Below, piece after piece: positions 19,370 to 31,057 of a DNA stretch of 64,000 nucleotides; positions within the stretch are counted from its first letter, which is position 1, and each line of letters starts with the position of its first letter. Origin of the DNA: an uncultured Gemmatimonadales bacterium (GTDB lineage: Bacteria; Gemmatimonadota; Gemmatimonadetes; Gemmatimonadales; Gemmatimonadaceae). Where the stretch lies: contig CAWBZV010000012.1 of the NCBI GenBank assembly GCA_963793305.1, positions 1-64,000 of the forward strand, read 5' to 3'. Below the pieces are notes generated by a model that ran no database searches, was not told where the DNA came from, and worked only from the letters and a program-made list of their open reading frames with translations. The position numbers and the translations under genes were made by a program.

Positions 19370-21145
19370 ATGGCTCAGCCGATCATTCCTCTTCCACCAG
19401 AAGAGGCAACCACAGAGACCGGCGAGATGGTGCGCCCGCAGACGCCGCGCTGGGTCGACGCGCTCATGCTCGTCGTCGTGCTGGCCATCGTGTACGGCGT
19501 CCTTCGCGCCGTCAGTACGTGGAGGGCGCCGCTCAGCTCCGGCACGCGCGTCTCGCTCGACCTCTGGCACCTGCCGCTCTACGCCGCGCTGTCGACGCTC
19601 CGGATGGCGCTGGCCTACGCGATCTCGCTCGTATTCAGTCTCGCCTATGCGAAGATCGCGGCCGCGAGCAAGACCGCGGAGCGGTTCATGCTGCCGCTGC
19701 TCGATATCCTGCAGAGCATACCCATTCTGTCGTTCATGCCCGGTGTGGTCATCGGGCTGGCGTCGCTCTTCCCCGGACGCGCCTTGGGACTCGAGTTGGC
19801 CGCCGTCCTGCTCATCTTCACGAGCCAGGCGTGGAACATGGCGTTCAGCTTTCACCAGTCATTGCTCACGATTCCCCATGAGCTGAGCGAAGCCTCCACG
19901 GTCTATCGCCTCGGATCATGGCGCAGGTTCACGCTGCTCGAATTGCCATTCGGCGCGATCTCGTTGATTGCCAATAGCATGATGAGCTGGGCCGGTGGCT
20001 GGTTCTTCTTGATTGCCGCGGAGCAGTTCACGCTCGGCAAAAGCAATTACGAGTTGCCTGGACTCGGATCGTTTTTGCAAGAAGCGACACGCGCCGGCAA
20101 CATGATGGCGCTCGTGCTGGGTTTGTTCGCGCTCATCGCAATCATTATTGCATTGGACCTGTTCCTGTGGCGGCCGCTCGTCGCCTGGTCCGATCGGTTC
20201 AAGTTCGAGCAGTCGGGCGCTGGCGATGTACCCCGATCCACCGTCCTGGAGTGGATCCAGGGGTCCGCATGGATCGAGTGGGTCAATGCCCATACGTTCG
20301 AGCCGTTCGGCCGCTGGCTCAATCGCGTGCTGAGCCCGCCACGACCGGCGCAGATTCGTTATGCGGACGACCCGGAGCCTTCACGCAACTGGTTGCAGAA
20401 AAACTGGAAGGGTCTCCTCGCGATAGCCGTCGCCACCGTGATCGTCGCGTGGGGCGCGATCGCGTCGGTGCGAGAGTTGGCCGGACTGTCCGGCAAAGAC
20501 TGGGGAACGATCGGCATGGGCGCCGGAGCCACGTTTCTCCGGACGCTGGCCGCACTGATCCTGGCCGCTGCCTGGACGATCCCGGTCGGCGTCGCGATCG
20601 GGACCAACCCGAAATGGTCCAGCCGCGCGCAGCCAATCATTCAGGTCATTGCATCGGTCCCAGCGACCGCCGTCTTTCCGTTGCTGCTCGCGGTGCTGCT
20701 CGGCATCCCCGGTGGCCTCAATGTCGCCGCCATCCTGCTCATGCTGCTCGGGACGCAGTGGTATGTGCTGTTCAACGTCGTGGCCGGCGCGATGGCCATC
20801 CCGTCTGACCTCCGCGAGGCCGCCGTCAACTATCAAGTGACCGGTTGGCGACGGTGGAAGACGTTGATCTTGCCGGCGATCTTCCCCTACCTTGTCACGG
20901 GGATGATCACCGCGACCGGGGGCGCCTGGAACGCGAGTATCGTCTCCGAGTTCGTGACCATCCCGCCGGATCAGACCAGGAGCACGATCGGACTCGGCGC
21001 GTTGATCACGCAAGCCGCGAACAGCGGCAACTTCCCGTTGTTGCTCGCCAGCACCTTGGTGATGGCCTGCATTGTGATCACTGGCAATCGGTTGGTCTGG
21101 CGTCGTCTCTACGGATTGGCCGCGACCCGTTACCGGCTCGACTGA
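19370..21145 (+). CDS. NitT/TauT family ABC transporter permease (duplicated TM domain)
   Basis: LDILQSIPILSF, FTSQAWNMAFSF, NSMMSWAGGWFF, GTQWYVLFNV, GGAWNASIVSE; two permease repeats. Confidence 0.9.
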   Translation: MAQPIIPLPPEEATTETGEMVRPQTPRWVDALMLVVVLAIVYGVLRAVSTWRAPLSSGTRVSLDLWHLPLYAALSTLRMALAYAISLVFSLAYAKIAAASKTAERFMLPLLDILQSIPILSFMPGVVIGLASLFPGRALGLELAAVLLIFTSQAWNMAFSFHQSLLTIPHELSEASTVYRLGSWRRFTLLELPFGAISLIANSMMSWAGGWFFLIAAEQFTLGKSNYELPGLGSFLQEATRAGNMMALVLGLFALIAIIIALDLFLWRPLVAWSDRFKFEQSGAGDVPRSTVLEWIQGSAWIEWVNAHTFEPFGRWLNRVLSPPRPAQIRYADDPEPSRNWLQKNWKGLLAIAVATVIVAWGAIASVRELAGLSGKDWGTIGMGAGATFLRTLAALILAAAWTIPVGVAIGTNPKWSSRAQPIIQVIASVPATAVFPLLLAVLLGIPGGLNVAAILLMLLGTQWYVLFNVVAGAMAIPSDLREAAVNYQVTGWRRWKTLILPAIFPYLVTGMITATGGAWNASIVSEFVTIPPDQTRSTIGLGALITQAANSGNFPLLLASTLVMACIVITGNRLVWRRLYGLAATRYRLD

Positions 21146-21146
21146 C

Positions 21147-22526
21147 ATGGCACTAGCGATCGAACCCAGCGCGACGGCTGGCACCGGCGAGGTCCTGATT
21201 GCGGCCGAAAAGGTCTGCAAGTACTACGGCGATGATCGGTCGCCGGTACTCGACAACGTCAGTCTCGACTTGAAATCCGGCGAGTTCATCGCCCTCCTCG
21301 GCCCCTCTGGCTCCGGCAAGTCCACGCTACTTCGCGTGCTCGCCGGCCTCATGCCTCCCTCCGAAGGTCGGGTACTGGTCCACGGCGACCCGCTCCAGGG
21401 ACCAAATCCGCGGGTGGCGATCGTCTTTCAGAGCTTCGCGCTGTTCCCGTGGCTCACGGTGCTAGACAACGTGGAGCTGGGTCTATTGGCTAGTCCCATT
21501 GCCCCTGCCGAGCGACGCGATCGTGCGCAGCACGCGATTGAGCTGATTGGCCTGGCAGGCTTCGAAGAGGCGTTCCCCAAGGAGCTCTCGGGCGGCATGA
21601 AACAGCGCGTGGGCTTCGCGCGGGCGTTGGTGGTGCAGCCGGAAGTCTTATTTATGGACGAGCCCTTCTCGGCGCTCGACGTGCTCACGGCCGAGAATCT
21701 TCGCCTCGAGCTGCAGGAGTTGTGGACCGAGCGGTCGATTCCGACCCGGTCAATTCTGCTGGTTACGCACAACATCGACGAAGCCGTCAGCCTTGCGGAT
21801 CGCATCCTCGTGTTCGGCGCGAATCCCGGCCACATCCGGGTCGAGCTGAAGGGATTGCCCGTCGCCGAGCGCCGGCAGAAGAACGCGGCGCGGGGGCGGT
21901 TGTTCGATACGATCTATCATGTGATGACTAATCCCGAGGAAGACGCCGTCACCTACGTCGAACAGCGCGCCGCGCCCGATGAGGCGCCGGCCCGAGTCTC
22001 GGCCGCGGTCAGACCCCGGCGGTATCAGACCCTACCGGACGTGGGGATCGACGACCTCACCGGCTTCGTGCAGTACCTCGCGACGACAGTGGCCGGCCGA
22101 GGCAACGTCCACGAGTTGTCCCGCGACCTGCAGATGCGGACCGACGACCTCCTGGCGCTCGTCGAGGCGACCGATCTCCTCGGCTTTGCGGACTTGCAGG
22201 AGCGCCAGGTGATTCTCACGCCTGTGGGACAACGGTTTGCGGATGCGCCGGATGTCGAGGAGGAAAAGGCCATCTTCCGCGAAGCGGCGCTGGAACACGT
22301 GTCGCTCCTTCGGTATATCGTGCGGGAGCTCGAGGCGAGCCCCACGCACACGCTCGAAGCCGACCGCGTGACCGACGATCTCGAACATTCGTTCTCGGGC
22401 GAGGAGGCCAGGCGCCAGTTCGAGACCGTCGTCGACTGGGGCAGATACGCGGAGTTCTTCACGTACGACGATAGCGCCGGCGAGCTCAAGCTGGATGAAG
22501 AACATCGGGTGAGTAGCCCTAGCTAG
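21147..22526 (+). CDS. NitT/TauT family ABC ATP-binding protein with C-terminal AAA-associated domain
   Basis: [37 protein letters not shown]-terminal WGRYAE domain. Confidence 0.92.
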   Translation: MALAIEPSATAGTGEVLIAAEKVCKYYGDDRSPVLDNVSLDLKSGEFIALLGPSGSGKSTLLRVLAGLMPPSEGRVLVHGDPLQGPNPRVAIVFQSFALFPWLTVLDNVELGLLASPIAPAERRDRAQHAIELIGLAGFEEAFPKELSGGMKQRVGFARALVVQPEVLFMDEPFSALDVLTAENLRLELQELWTERSIPTRSILLVTHNIDEAVSLADRILVFGANPGHIRVELKGLPVAERRQKNAARGRLFDTIYHVMTNPEEDAVTYVEQRAAPDEAPARVSAAVRPRRYQTLPDVGIDDLTGFVQYLATTVAGRGNVHELSRDLQMRTDDLLALVEATDLLGFADLQERQVILTPVGQRFADAPDVEEEKAIFREAALEHVSLLRYIVRELEASPTHTLEADRVTDDLEHSFSGEEARRQFETVVDWGRYAEFFTYDDSAGELKLDEEHRVSSPS

Positions 22527-22546
22527 GTTCCCGTCGTCTTAAACGT

Positions 22547-25267
22547 ATGTGGAATAGTCGGTGGGCGCGGCTTGTCGCGACCGGCGTAGTCGCCTACGCG
22601 GTCGCGTACTGGGGCTGGCTGGCGTTGGGGTGGCTCGCCCCCGCGCTCGGCGCAGCGTTCCGCGCGCGCATCGCCGGCATTGAGTTTCTGCCCGTCAACC
22701 TGGGACTCATCGTCGTCGCGGCATACGCGGCCCGACGCGCGCCGTCGCCGGAAGTGCGCCGCTGCATGACGTTGCTCGCGGTCGCCACCGTGAGCCCGTT
22801 CATCGGCAACGCGTTCTCGTCGTACGCCCACCACGTGCTCCACCGGAATCCCGACGTGATCTGGTGGGTGAACGCGCCGCTGCTCCTCTACTATCCGATC
22901 GCGACCGCCGCGCTCCTCTCGTTGCCGCGTGCGCCGCGCGCGCAGACCGAGCAGCGCAAGTTCTTGTTCGACGCGATCGCGGTCGTCGTGGGTGGCGGCC
23001 TCGCGATCTGGTATCTGGTTTGGGTTCGGACCGTTCAGACGGGCGTGCGCAGCCAGATCGAGACGTTCTACAACACCGCCTATCCGATCGGCGACATCGT
23101 CGTGATCGCTGGCATCGTGACGGCGCTGCTCCGACGTCCAGACAGCAGCCAGCGCCGTGCGTCGCAGTTGTTCCTGCTCGGCATGGCGATCTACATCCTC
23201 TCCGATCTCGCCGACCAGAATATCGTCGCGCAACTCGGCGAGTTCGTCGGCAGTTGGACTGACGCCGCCGCGATGCTCGCCTACGGGCTCATGGCATGGG
23301 GATGCGTGCGCTATGCCACCGATCCAGTGCCGCCGGCCGCCGTGGACGATCCCGCGGCGCTGACGCAGCCTTTCAGCCCGTTGCCGTACGCGTCGCTCGT
23401 GCTGTGCTACCTCTTGCTCCTGTTGGAAGCAAGCCGGCAGCCGGCAGGCGAGCGATGGCCGGTGCTGGCGGTCGGCGCCGTGCTGCTGACGCTCGTTGTT
23501 GTCCTGCGGCAGATCCAAGCCGTGCGAGAGAACGCCGTCCTGGTCGCGCAACGCGCGGCGCAGGTCAACGAGGCCCGTCTCCGCTCGCTGGTTCAGCACT
23601 CGTCCAACGTCATCTCGATCATCGCGCCGGATGGCACGGTGCTCTTCGTCAGTCCGTCGATCAAGCGCGTGCTCGGGTACGACGCCGCTGAGCTCATCGG
23701 CACCTCCCTGCTCAGCCTCCTTCACCCCGAGGACATTCCGCGCGGCCAAGGTATTCTCTCCCGGGGCGGGATGGCGGCCGGCGGCCCTGGTGAGCCAACC
23801 GAACCCGTCGAGTGGCGCGTGCGGCATCGCGATGGGCGCTGGTTGGATCTCGAGACCGTCGGCACCAATCTGCTGCACGATCCGGTCGTGCGCGGCATCG
23901 TCATCAATACGCGCAATGTCAGCGAGCGGCGTCTGCTGGAAGCCCAGCTCAAGCACCAGGCATTTCATGATCCGTTGACCGGTCTCGCGAATCGGTCACT
24001 GTTCATCGACCGCGTGACGCATTGCCTGGCCCGCGCCCGGCGATCACGCTCGACGGTGGCGGTGCTGTTCCTGGATCTCGACAATTTCAAGAATATCAAT
24101 GACAGCCTCGGACACGTGGCCGGCGATCGTTTGCTGGTAGCGGCCGCGGTACGGCTGGTCGGCTGCGTCAGAACGACCGACACGGCGGCGAGACTGGGTG
24201 GGGACGAGTTTGCCGTGCTGCTCGAAGACCCGAGTGGAGATCATCGCGCGCCCGCGGTCGCCGAGCGCATTACCGTGGCCATGGCGGCCCCGTTCGTTGT
24301 CGAGGGTAAAGAAGTATTCGTCTCGGCGAGCGTCGGCATCGCGACCGCCAATGCGGCGAACACGAACGGCGAGGCGGCCTCCGACCTGCTGCGCAATGCC
24401 GACATGGCGATGTACACCGCCAAGTCGCGCGGCAAAGCGCGCTACGAGCTGTTCGAGCAACGCATGCACCGCGAAGCGATGGAGCGCCTGGAAATAGAAG
24501 GCGATCTGCGGCGCGCGGTCGAACGCAGTGAGTTCGGGTTGCTCTATCAACCGATTGTCGATCTCAAGACCGGCGCGGTATCGGGCGTCGAATCGCTCCT
24601 CCGCTGGCACCACCCAATGCGCGGCACCGTGTATCCGTCGCAATTCGTCCCGCTCGCGGAAGAGACCGGGCTGATTGTGCCGCTGGGCACCTGGGTGCTC
24701 CGCGAAGCGTGCCGGCAGGCGCGAGTCTGGGATCCGAAACTCGATGGCACGTTCTCGCTCAGCGTCAACGTCTCGGGCCATCAATTACAGCATGCCGCCG
24801 TCATCGATATGGTCCGCTCGGCGCTGGCCGAGTTCGGGTGGCCGGCCGAGCGGCTCGTGTTGGAGATCACCGAGAGCATCTTGATGCAGAACGCCAACGT
24901 CATGCTGCAGCGCCTGGAAGGGCTCAAAGCACTGGGCGTTCGTCTCGCGATCAATGACTTCGGGACCGGCTACTCCTCGCTCTCGTACCTGCAGCGGTTC
25001 CCGATCGACATCTTGAAGATCGCCAAGCCGTTCGTCGACGGCGTCGGCTCCGCGCGCGCCGAGTCGGCCCTGGCCCGCGCGATCATCGCGCTCGGCGAGA
25101 CGCTGTGTCTGACGACGATCGCCGAGGGCATCGAGGTCCACGAACAACTCGTCGGGCTGCAGCAACTCGGCTGCGAGCTCGGGCAAGGGTACTACTTCGC
25201 GCAGCCGCTCTCGGGCGAGGCGCTGGGCGCGATGCTCTCCGAACGGCTAGCTGGTCAGTTTACGTAG
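22547..25267 (+). CDS. Membrane-anchored PAS-GGDEF-EAL diguanylate cyclase/phosphodiesterase
   Basis: Multi-TM N terminus, PAS (LLHPED, RHRDG), [44 protein letters not shown]. Confidence 0.93.
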   Translation: MWNSRWARLVATGVVAYAVAYWGWLALGWLAPALGAAFRARIAGIEFLPVNLGLIVVAAYAARRAPSPEVRRCMTLLAVATVSPFIGNAFSSYAHHVLHRNPDVIWWVNAPLLLYYPIATAALLSLPRAPRAQTEQRKFLFDAIAVVVGGGLAIWYLVWVRTVQTGVRSQIETFYNTAYPIGDIVVIAGIVTALLRRPDSSQRRASQLFLLGMAIYILSDLADQNIVAQLGEFVGSWTDAAAMLAYGLMAWGCVRYATDPVPPAAVDDPAALTQPFSPLPYASLVLCYLLLLLEASRQPAGERWPVLAVGAVLLTLVVVLRQIQAVRENAVLVAQRAAQVNEARLRSLVQHSSNVISIIAPDGTVLFVSPSIKRVLGYDAAELIGTSLLSLLHPEDIPRGQGILSRGGMAAGGPGEPTEPVEWRVRHRDGRWLDLETVGTNLLHDPVVRGIVINTRNVSERRLLEAQLKHQAFHDPLTGLANRSLFIDRVTHCLARARRSRSTVAVLFLDLDNFKNINDSLGHVAGDRLLVAAAVRLVGCVRTTDTAARLGGDEFAVLLEDPSGDHRAPAVAERITVAMAAPFVVEGKEVFVSASVGIATANAANTNGEAASDLLRNADMAMYTAKSRGKARYELFEQRMHREAMERLEIEGDLRRAVERSEFGLLYQPIVDLKTGAVSGVESLLRWHHPMRGTVYPSQFVPLAEETGLIVPLGTWVLREACRQARVWDPKLDGTFSLSVNVSGHQLQHAAVIDMVRSALAEFGWPAERLVLEITESILMQNANVMLQRLEGLKALGVRLAINDFGTGYSSLSYLQRFPIDILKIAKPFVDGVGSARAESALARAIIALGETLCLTTIAEGIEVHEQLVGLQQLGCELGQGYYFAQPLSGEALGAMLSERLAGQFT

Positions 25268-27841
25268 CGCCGCCGCGGTGTTGCGGCGGGCCATGTGCCC
25301 GGCCCACAGATCGCCGCGCTTTGCCAGCCGCTCCGGAAATGTCTTGATCGTGAACATCCCCGGTGTCAGCGTATCCGTCAGCTCATCCCAGTCGAGCGGC
25401 GTCGATACGTGAGCGCCATCGACGGCTCTCACGGCATAGACACCCGCAACCGTCTTTCCCACGATATTCTGCAGGTAATCCACGTAGACCGAATCGGCCG
25501 GGCGCGCTTTGACGCTGCGCTCGATGGTGGTCTCCTTGGGATGCGCTTGAGACACGCGCGTCGCAATGAGCTGGGCCACGAGTCTGGCTGCCTCCTCCAA
25601 GGTGTTGCGCGGCAGCGGGACATATATATGAATGCCCGACGCGCCTGAGGTCTTCGGCGCTCCGTGTAATCCCATTGCGTCGAGCTCTTCTTTTACGAAT
25701 CTCGCTACCTGCACGACGCGTTGGAACGTCGCTTTCGGGCCCGGGTCCAGATCGATGACCGTATAGTCCGGCGTGTCGAGCGATTGCACGCGGGCCATCC
25801 ATGGATCGACCGACACGGCGCCGAGTTGGATGGTATACAGCAGAGTGGCGAGCGACCCACCGACAAACCGCCGCTCATCTTCGCCGAGCGTGTCTACGCG
25901 TACGCCATCCGGGACATCACTCGGCGCGTTTTGCTGATAGAACGGCTTGCCGTCGATCCCGTTGGGGAATCTTTTCAGCACCAGCGGCCGATCCGCCATA
26001 GTCGGCAGAATCGCATCGGCGATCTGGGCGTAGAATCTCAAGAGATCCCCTTTGGTGTACCCATCGCGGGGAAAGAAGACTTTTTTGAGATTTGATACGT
26101 CGAGCGTCTCGGAGCCGATGTGCAGCGTGCCATCGCCGCCGTCGTTTTCGATCTCTTGAAGCTCTTCAACGAGAGAACTGGCTTTCTTTTTTCGAGACAC
26201 GGGAGGCGCGTGTTGGATGCTCTCTTTCTCGCGAGTGACGAGCCGGGCCGGCTTATCATCGCGAACGCCAAGAAAGACGGGCTGCCGCAAGTATCCTTCG
26301 TCCGTCCATTGGATGAACTTGACCTCGACCACGATCTTGGGCTCAACCCAATGCGCGGGTTCGTTCGTCTTGGGAACGGACTCGAACGGTAACGTCGAGC
26401 GCGCGAGTGGCCCGAGGCGCTTGTGCATGTCCCGCAGCGCTTCGTCGGTGAAGCCTCCGCCCGCGTGCCCGGCGTAAATGAGCTTCGACCCTTCATAGTA
26501 TCCGACAATCAGCGCGCCGAGCGCGATGCGGGATTTGCGAGGGTCGGTCCACCCGCCGACGACGAACTCCTGCTGTTCCTCGAGCTTGAGTTTGAGCCAG
26601 TTGCGCGACCGGTGGCCGGCATCATAGCGCGCACTGGTCTTCTTCGCGATCACACCTTCCCAATGGTCCGCACGCGCGCGGGCCAACATGCCCGGGCCAT
26701 CCGGGCTCGTCTCGGCGAGGCGGATGGTGCTGTTCGTCGCGCCCTTGAGCCGCCGCTCCAGCGCTTGCCGGCGTTTCGTCCACGGCTCGTCGAGGAGCGA
26801 GACGTTGCCGTCCGCGAGCAGGTCGAACGCAATCAGCGCCGCCGGCTCTGATTTCTCGTGCTCGGCGATGTCCGAGTCGCCAATCAGGTGCATGCGATTC
26901 TGCAGACCCTGAAATCGACCAGGCGTGTCGCCGACGAGCGCCACGATCTCGCCGTCGAGCACGAACGGTGTGCGCGACTTGGCCGCGAGGTTGCGCACGG
27001 CCTCGGCGATCGCCGGGAATTGTCGCGCCTTGTCGATGCCGTTGCGCGAGACCAGAGCGACCTGTTTCGGCGTGCCGTAGGCGATCACGCGAATGCCATC
27101 GTATTTCGGCTCGAACGTCCAGCCGCCGCCGTCCGGCATGGACGTGCCGATCGTCGCCAGCATTGGTTCGATGCCAATCTCTTTTTTACTCGTTGCCGTC
27201 TTCTTCGGCATGGCCTTGCCCGCGGTGACTTTTTTCGGCGGGTCGCCGGCCGCGATCTCGTCCATCGTGCGGCCGGTGACGACCGACGTGGTGTACTCGG
27301 CCACCGGGTCAACGTCGGTCACGTAGTCATCGCGATGTTTGATCAGCAGCCATTGCGGCTTTTTCTCATTGCCCCGTTTTGTCCGTACCAGGGCGAACGA
27401 GCCATGCATTCGTTGGCCATGAAACGTGAAGGCCAGCTTCCCAGCGGCGAGCCCCGAGCGAATGGCCTCGGGCTCGTCCCCGTCATCGCCGACCTCGTCG
27501 GCCGTGTACGTGCCGCGATCCCAGATCATGACCGAACCGCCCCCGTACTCGCCCTTCGGGATCGTCCCCTCGAACGTGTTGTACTCCATGGGGTGGTCTT
27601 CGACCTCCATGGCCAGACGCTTGATGGTGGGGTCGAAGCTCGGCCCTTTCGGGACGGCCCAACTTTTCATGACGCCGTCGAGCTCCAGTCTCAAGTCGAA
27701 ATGCAACGCGGTCGCCGCGTGCTTTTGGATCACGAACTCGAGCTGGTGTTCTTTCGCCTCTGGCGTCACATTGCCGGCGGGCTCGGCGGTTTTTGAGAAG
27801 TCCCGCTTCCGTTGATACTCGCTCAGCGGAGTCGATGGCAT
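25247..27841 (-). CDS. ligD: NHEJ DNA ligase D (phosphoesterase-ligase-polymerase)
   Basis: [92 protein letters not shown]. Confidence 0.95.
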   Translation of the reverse strand: MPSTPLSEYQRKRDFSKTAEPAGNVTPEAKEHQLEFVIQKHAATALHFDLRLELDGVMKSWAVPKGPSFDPTIKRLAMEVEDHPMEYNTFEGTIPKGEYGGGSVMIWDRGTYTADEVGDDGDEPEAIRSGLAAGKLAFTFHGQRMHGSFALVRTKRGNEKKPQWLLIKHRDDYVTDVDPVAEYTTSVVTGRTMDEIAAGDPPKKVTAGKAMPKKTATSKKEIGIEPMLATIGTSMPDGGGWTFEPKYDGIRVIAYGTPKQVALVSRNGIDKARQFPAIAEAVRNLAAKSRTPFVLDGEIVALVGDTPGRFQGLQNRMHLIGDSDIAEHEKSEPAALIAFDLLADGNVSLLDEPWTKRRQALERRLKGATNSTIRLAETSPDGPGMLARARADHWEGVIAKKTSARYDAGHRSRNWLKLKLEEQQEFVVGGWTDPRKSRIALGALIVGYYEGSKLIYAGHAGGGFTDEALRDMHKRLGPLARSTLPFESVPKTNEPAHWVEPKIVVEVKFIQWTDEGYLRQPVFLGVRDDKPARLVTREKESIQHAPPVSRKKKASSLVEELQEIENDGGDGTLHIGSETLDVSNLKKVFFPRDGYTKGDLLRFYAQIADAILPTMADRPLVLKRFPNGIDGKPFYQQNAPSDVPDGVRVDTLGEDERRFVGGSLATLLYTIQLGAVSVDPWMARVQSLDTPDYTVIDLDPGPKATFQRVVQVARFVKEELDAMGLHGAPKTSGASGIHIYVPLPRNTLEEAARLVAQLIATRVSQAHPKETTIERSVKARPADSVYVDYLQNIVGKTVAGVYAVRAVDGAHVSTPLDWDELTDTLTPGMFTIKTFPERLAKRGDLWAGHMARRNTAAALRKLTS

Positions 27842-27870
27842 AACCTGAATATACCGATAGATTATGCGCC
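27842..27870. promoter_or_regulatory. Back-to-back leaderless-type -10 promoters for ligD and gmhA
   Basis: 29-bp intergenic region; TATATT 6 nt before the ligD ATG (minus) and TAGATT 7 nt before the gmhA ATG (plus); no SD. Confidence 0.6.
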
Positions 27871-28441
27871 ATGTCTTCAGGAACCACGTTCGCGGACCAC
27901 TTCGCGTCGCATCAGCAAGTGGTGCGACAGAGCATCATCGAGCTCAACGACGTTGCCGGCGCCGTCGAGCGCGTGCTCATCGAGGCCCTTCAAAAGGGCA
28001 ACAAAGTCATCTCATTCGGGAATGGCGGCAGCGCCACTCAAGCGAGTCATCTCGCCGGTGAGTTGATCGGTCGATTCCTCAAGAATCGCCGCCCCTTGCC
28101 GGCCATCGCGTTGGTGAGCGACCCGGGCTCGGTGACGTGCATCGCGAACGACTTCGGGTATGGCGCACTGTTCGAGCGCCAGGTCGAGGGACTGGCGCGA
28201 GCGGGGGACGTTGCGATTGGGCTCACGACAAGCGGCCGTTCGGAAAACGTCAAGCGCGGGCTCGCCGCCGCTCAGCGCGCGGGCGCGATCGCGGTCGCCC
28301 TCACCGGCGCCGCGGGACTCATTGATGCGACGGCTGATTTTGTGGTGGCGGTGCCGAGCGCGGAAACCGCAAGTATCCAAGAAGTGCATTCTGATGCTGC
28401 TCCACGCGTGGTGCCAAGGCATAGATAAAGTCTTCGCTTGA
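27871..28441 (+). CDS. gmhA: D-sedoheptulose-7-phosphate isomerase (SIS domain; +1 frameshift near 28390)
   Basis: FGNGGSA, TCIANDFGY, FERQVEG, TTSGRSEN, IQEVH; removing one T restores IQEVHLMLLHAWC (~189 aa). Confidence 0.9.
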
Positions 28442-28475
28442 CGCTTGGTGCGCACGAGTGTATCTCGTGCCGCCC

Positions 28476-31021
28476 ATGCGCATCCCGTTGCTGCTCGTTC
28501 TCTGCGTTGCCCCGCTGTACGGACAGCGCAACATGATGGCCGATTCCATCGTGCCGACAGCAGCCGCGACGACGCTCTCGCAGTTGCTCACCGCGCGAGT
28601 CCCCGGTCTCCAGATCTTATCTCAGGATGGCAGTGCCGGGGCGGGACCAGTCGTCACAATTCGGGGATACTCGGCCGGGCCAACCGTGAGCCGGCCGCTC
28701 TTGTTTATAGATGGGATCCGGGTCGACGACGCCGGTGGTCTCGGCATCTCGATGCCATTGATCGCCTATCACCCGGCGACGGGACGATTCGATGACATTG
28801 ACCCGGCCGACATTGAGCGCATTGATGTGCTGTCGGGCGCGGCCGCCGCGAGTCTCTATGGTCCTGGCGCCGGTAACGGTGTCATTCTCGTCACTACGAG
28901 ACGCCACAGCCGGTCGTCGATCAGTGGCGAAGTGTCAGCCGAGGGAGGCGTCGCGACGACCTCGGTCGATGCGCCACAGAGTTACTTCTCGTGGGGACAT
29001 AGCGGAAACACCGTCGGCCAATGTCCGCTCGCTGCGCAAGCCGAGAAGTTGTGCACGCTCGACAGCCTGTCGCACTACAATCCGCTCCCCAGTAGCATCA
29101 TCCCCGCGTACACGCAGCGATACGGCGCCCTTGTCGGCGCGGACGTTGCCGGTCAGCAGATCTCGCTCAGCGGCCACTACGCGAACGATCCTGGCACCAT
29201 CGAGTTGAATCCGACAGAACGCGCGGCGTATCGGACCGATCTCGGCCTCGAGCCGTCGCCTGGACAACGCCGCCCGTCGGCGCTCGATCAAGGTCAGATC
29301 CGCGGCTCATTCGTATCTCCCATAGGCATCACGGCGTCGATCGGCTACATTGGAACCCACCAGCGCGATGGCGCCATCGACAGCTATCTGAGCGATGCCG
29401 CACTGGGGAGTGGGACGCGCGCGTTCAACGATGGGTGGGCCGGACCGACGTCACGCCCCGCATTCGATCTGGCCGATGTCTCGACTGATCACGCCCAACA
29501 TTCTGCTGTGGAGTCTGCAGGGCCTGTGGCAGCCACTCACACCGCTGTCGGTGCACGCGACGGTTGGCGCCGATGCGGTCTGGCGCACGACGGGCGATCG
29601 CGCCATTGGCCTTTCACCCAACGGCCAGGACACGGTCGCGGGTGTCGACGAACAGCACTTGACGCAGTACACGGTCGACCTGGGCGGCACCTGGAGCGCC
29701 GCGATCGCGCCGGCGCTTGCATCACGAACGTCATTCGGACTCCAGTACCTGGCCGCGAATGCGAGCGACTCGGCGCTGTCGACCGACGGCTCGAGCGGGT
29801 CGGTGGCGCTCGAGAACTCCACGCTGCATTTGGCCGATCTCACGCAAAGCGCCTATGTGAACGAGGCGCTGTCGATCGTCGACAAGGTAGCAGTGGGTGG
29901 CAGCGTCCGGTGGGATCACCACCGCCTGCAATCCGGGCATGTCTCGTCGACGGTGGCCGATCCGTCCGCAACCGTGAGTTGGGCCGTGCTCGGCACGACG
30001 TTCTGATCCGCGCATTCGGCTGCGGAGCGCTATCGGCCAGACCAGCACGCCGATTGGCACCGTGGAGCTCGCGGCCCTCGCGCTCCCGCTCCAATTCAAC
30101 AGCTTGCCGGTGCGACCCCCGACGCGCCAGCGAGAAGTCGAGGCGGGGATCGATGCGTCACTGCCCGGCGATCGCGTCTCGGCGAGTCTCACGACGTATG
30201 CCCGGCGGTCGGTGAACGCGATCCTGCCTTTCACGGTCCCGGACAATACGGGAGGTCTCGTCCGCCTGGCCGAGCAGGGAACGGTGAGCGACCGCGGCAT
30301 TGAATTCAGCACGACCGCGCGCATCATCGAGCGTCCCGTTCTCGCATGGGACGCGACCCTGACGGCCTTCGAGCACTGGAATAAAGTGCTGCGCATCCCA
30401 CAGGACGAGGAATGGTATGACGGCATGCTGCGGGTTGCCCAAGGCCATCCGATCTATGGCTTCTGGGCCGTGCCGTATACGTTCACGGATGCCAACCACA
30501 ACGGGGTGATCGAGCCGGACGAAATCAGGCCTGGAGCGCCCACGTACGTTGGATCGACGGTCCCGACGCACGAGGCATTGCTCGCCAGCACCGTGCATTT
30601 CTTCAAGCGCTCCGTGCACGTCAGCGTGCTCTTCGACTACCGCGGCGGGTATGTGCTGCCCGATCAGAACAGTCTGTATCAGGGCCTCGTATTCACCGCG
30701 CGCGCGCAGAACGTCGCCGGCTCCTCGCTCAGCGAGCAAGCGCTGGCGACAGCCGCTCTCACCGGTCCCGGCTGGCCACAGGGATTGGCCGACCGTGTCT
30801 CGGCCGTTCGCTGGCGCGAACTGTCCGTGACTGCAGAGCTCCCGGTTCCGCGCCCGATCTCCGTCACACTGGCTGTGCGCAATCTCGCCCTATGGACGAA
30901 ATACCCCGGCGATCCCGACATTGCTCTGGCCGAGCAGCCAGTGACCATCGCGTCGATCGCACCGACGCTGCAGCTGCCGCAACCTCGGACCGTATTGCTC
31001 CGCGTTACCGCCGGCTTCTAG
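28476..31021 (+). CDS. SusC-like TonB-dependent receptor, paralog 1 (+1 frameshifts near 29501 and 30001)
   Basis: Plug motifs PLLFIDGIRV, DIDPADIERIDVLSGAAAASLYG, NGVILVTT; barrel RQREVEAGID, DRGIE, LFDYRGG, RNLALWTKY; C-terminal F; three ORF pieces join to ~847 aa. Confidence 0.85.
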
Positions 31022-31057
31022 CGTCGTGTAGCATGCGCGACTATATCTCGTGGCGGC

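Noticed and set aside
25247..27841. ligD without an adjacent ku gene
   Set aside because: Ku is often encoded elsewhere, and the PE-LIG-POL order is a known architecture.
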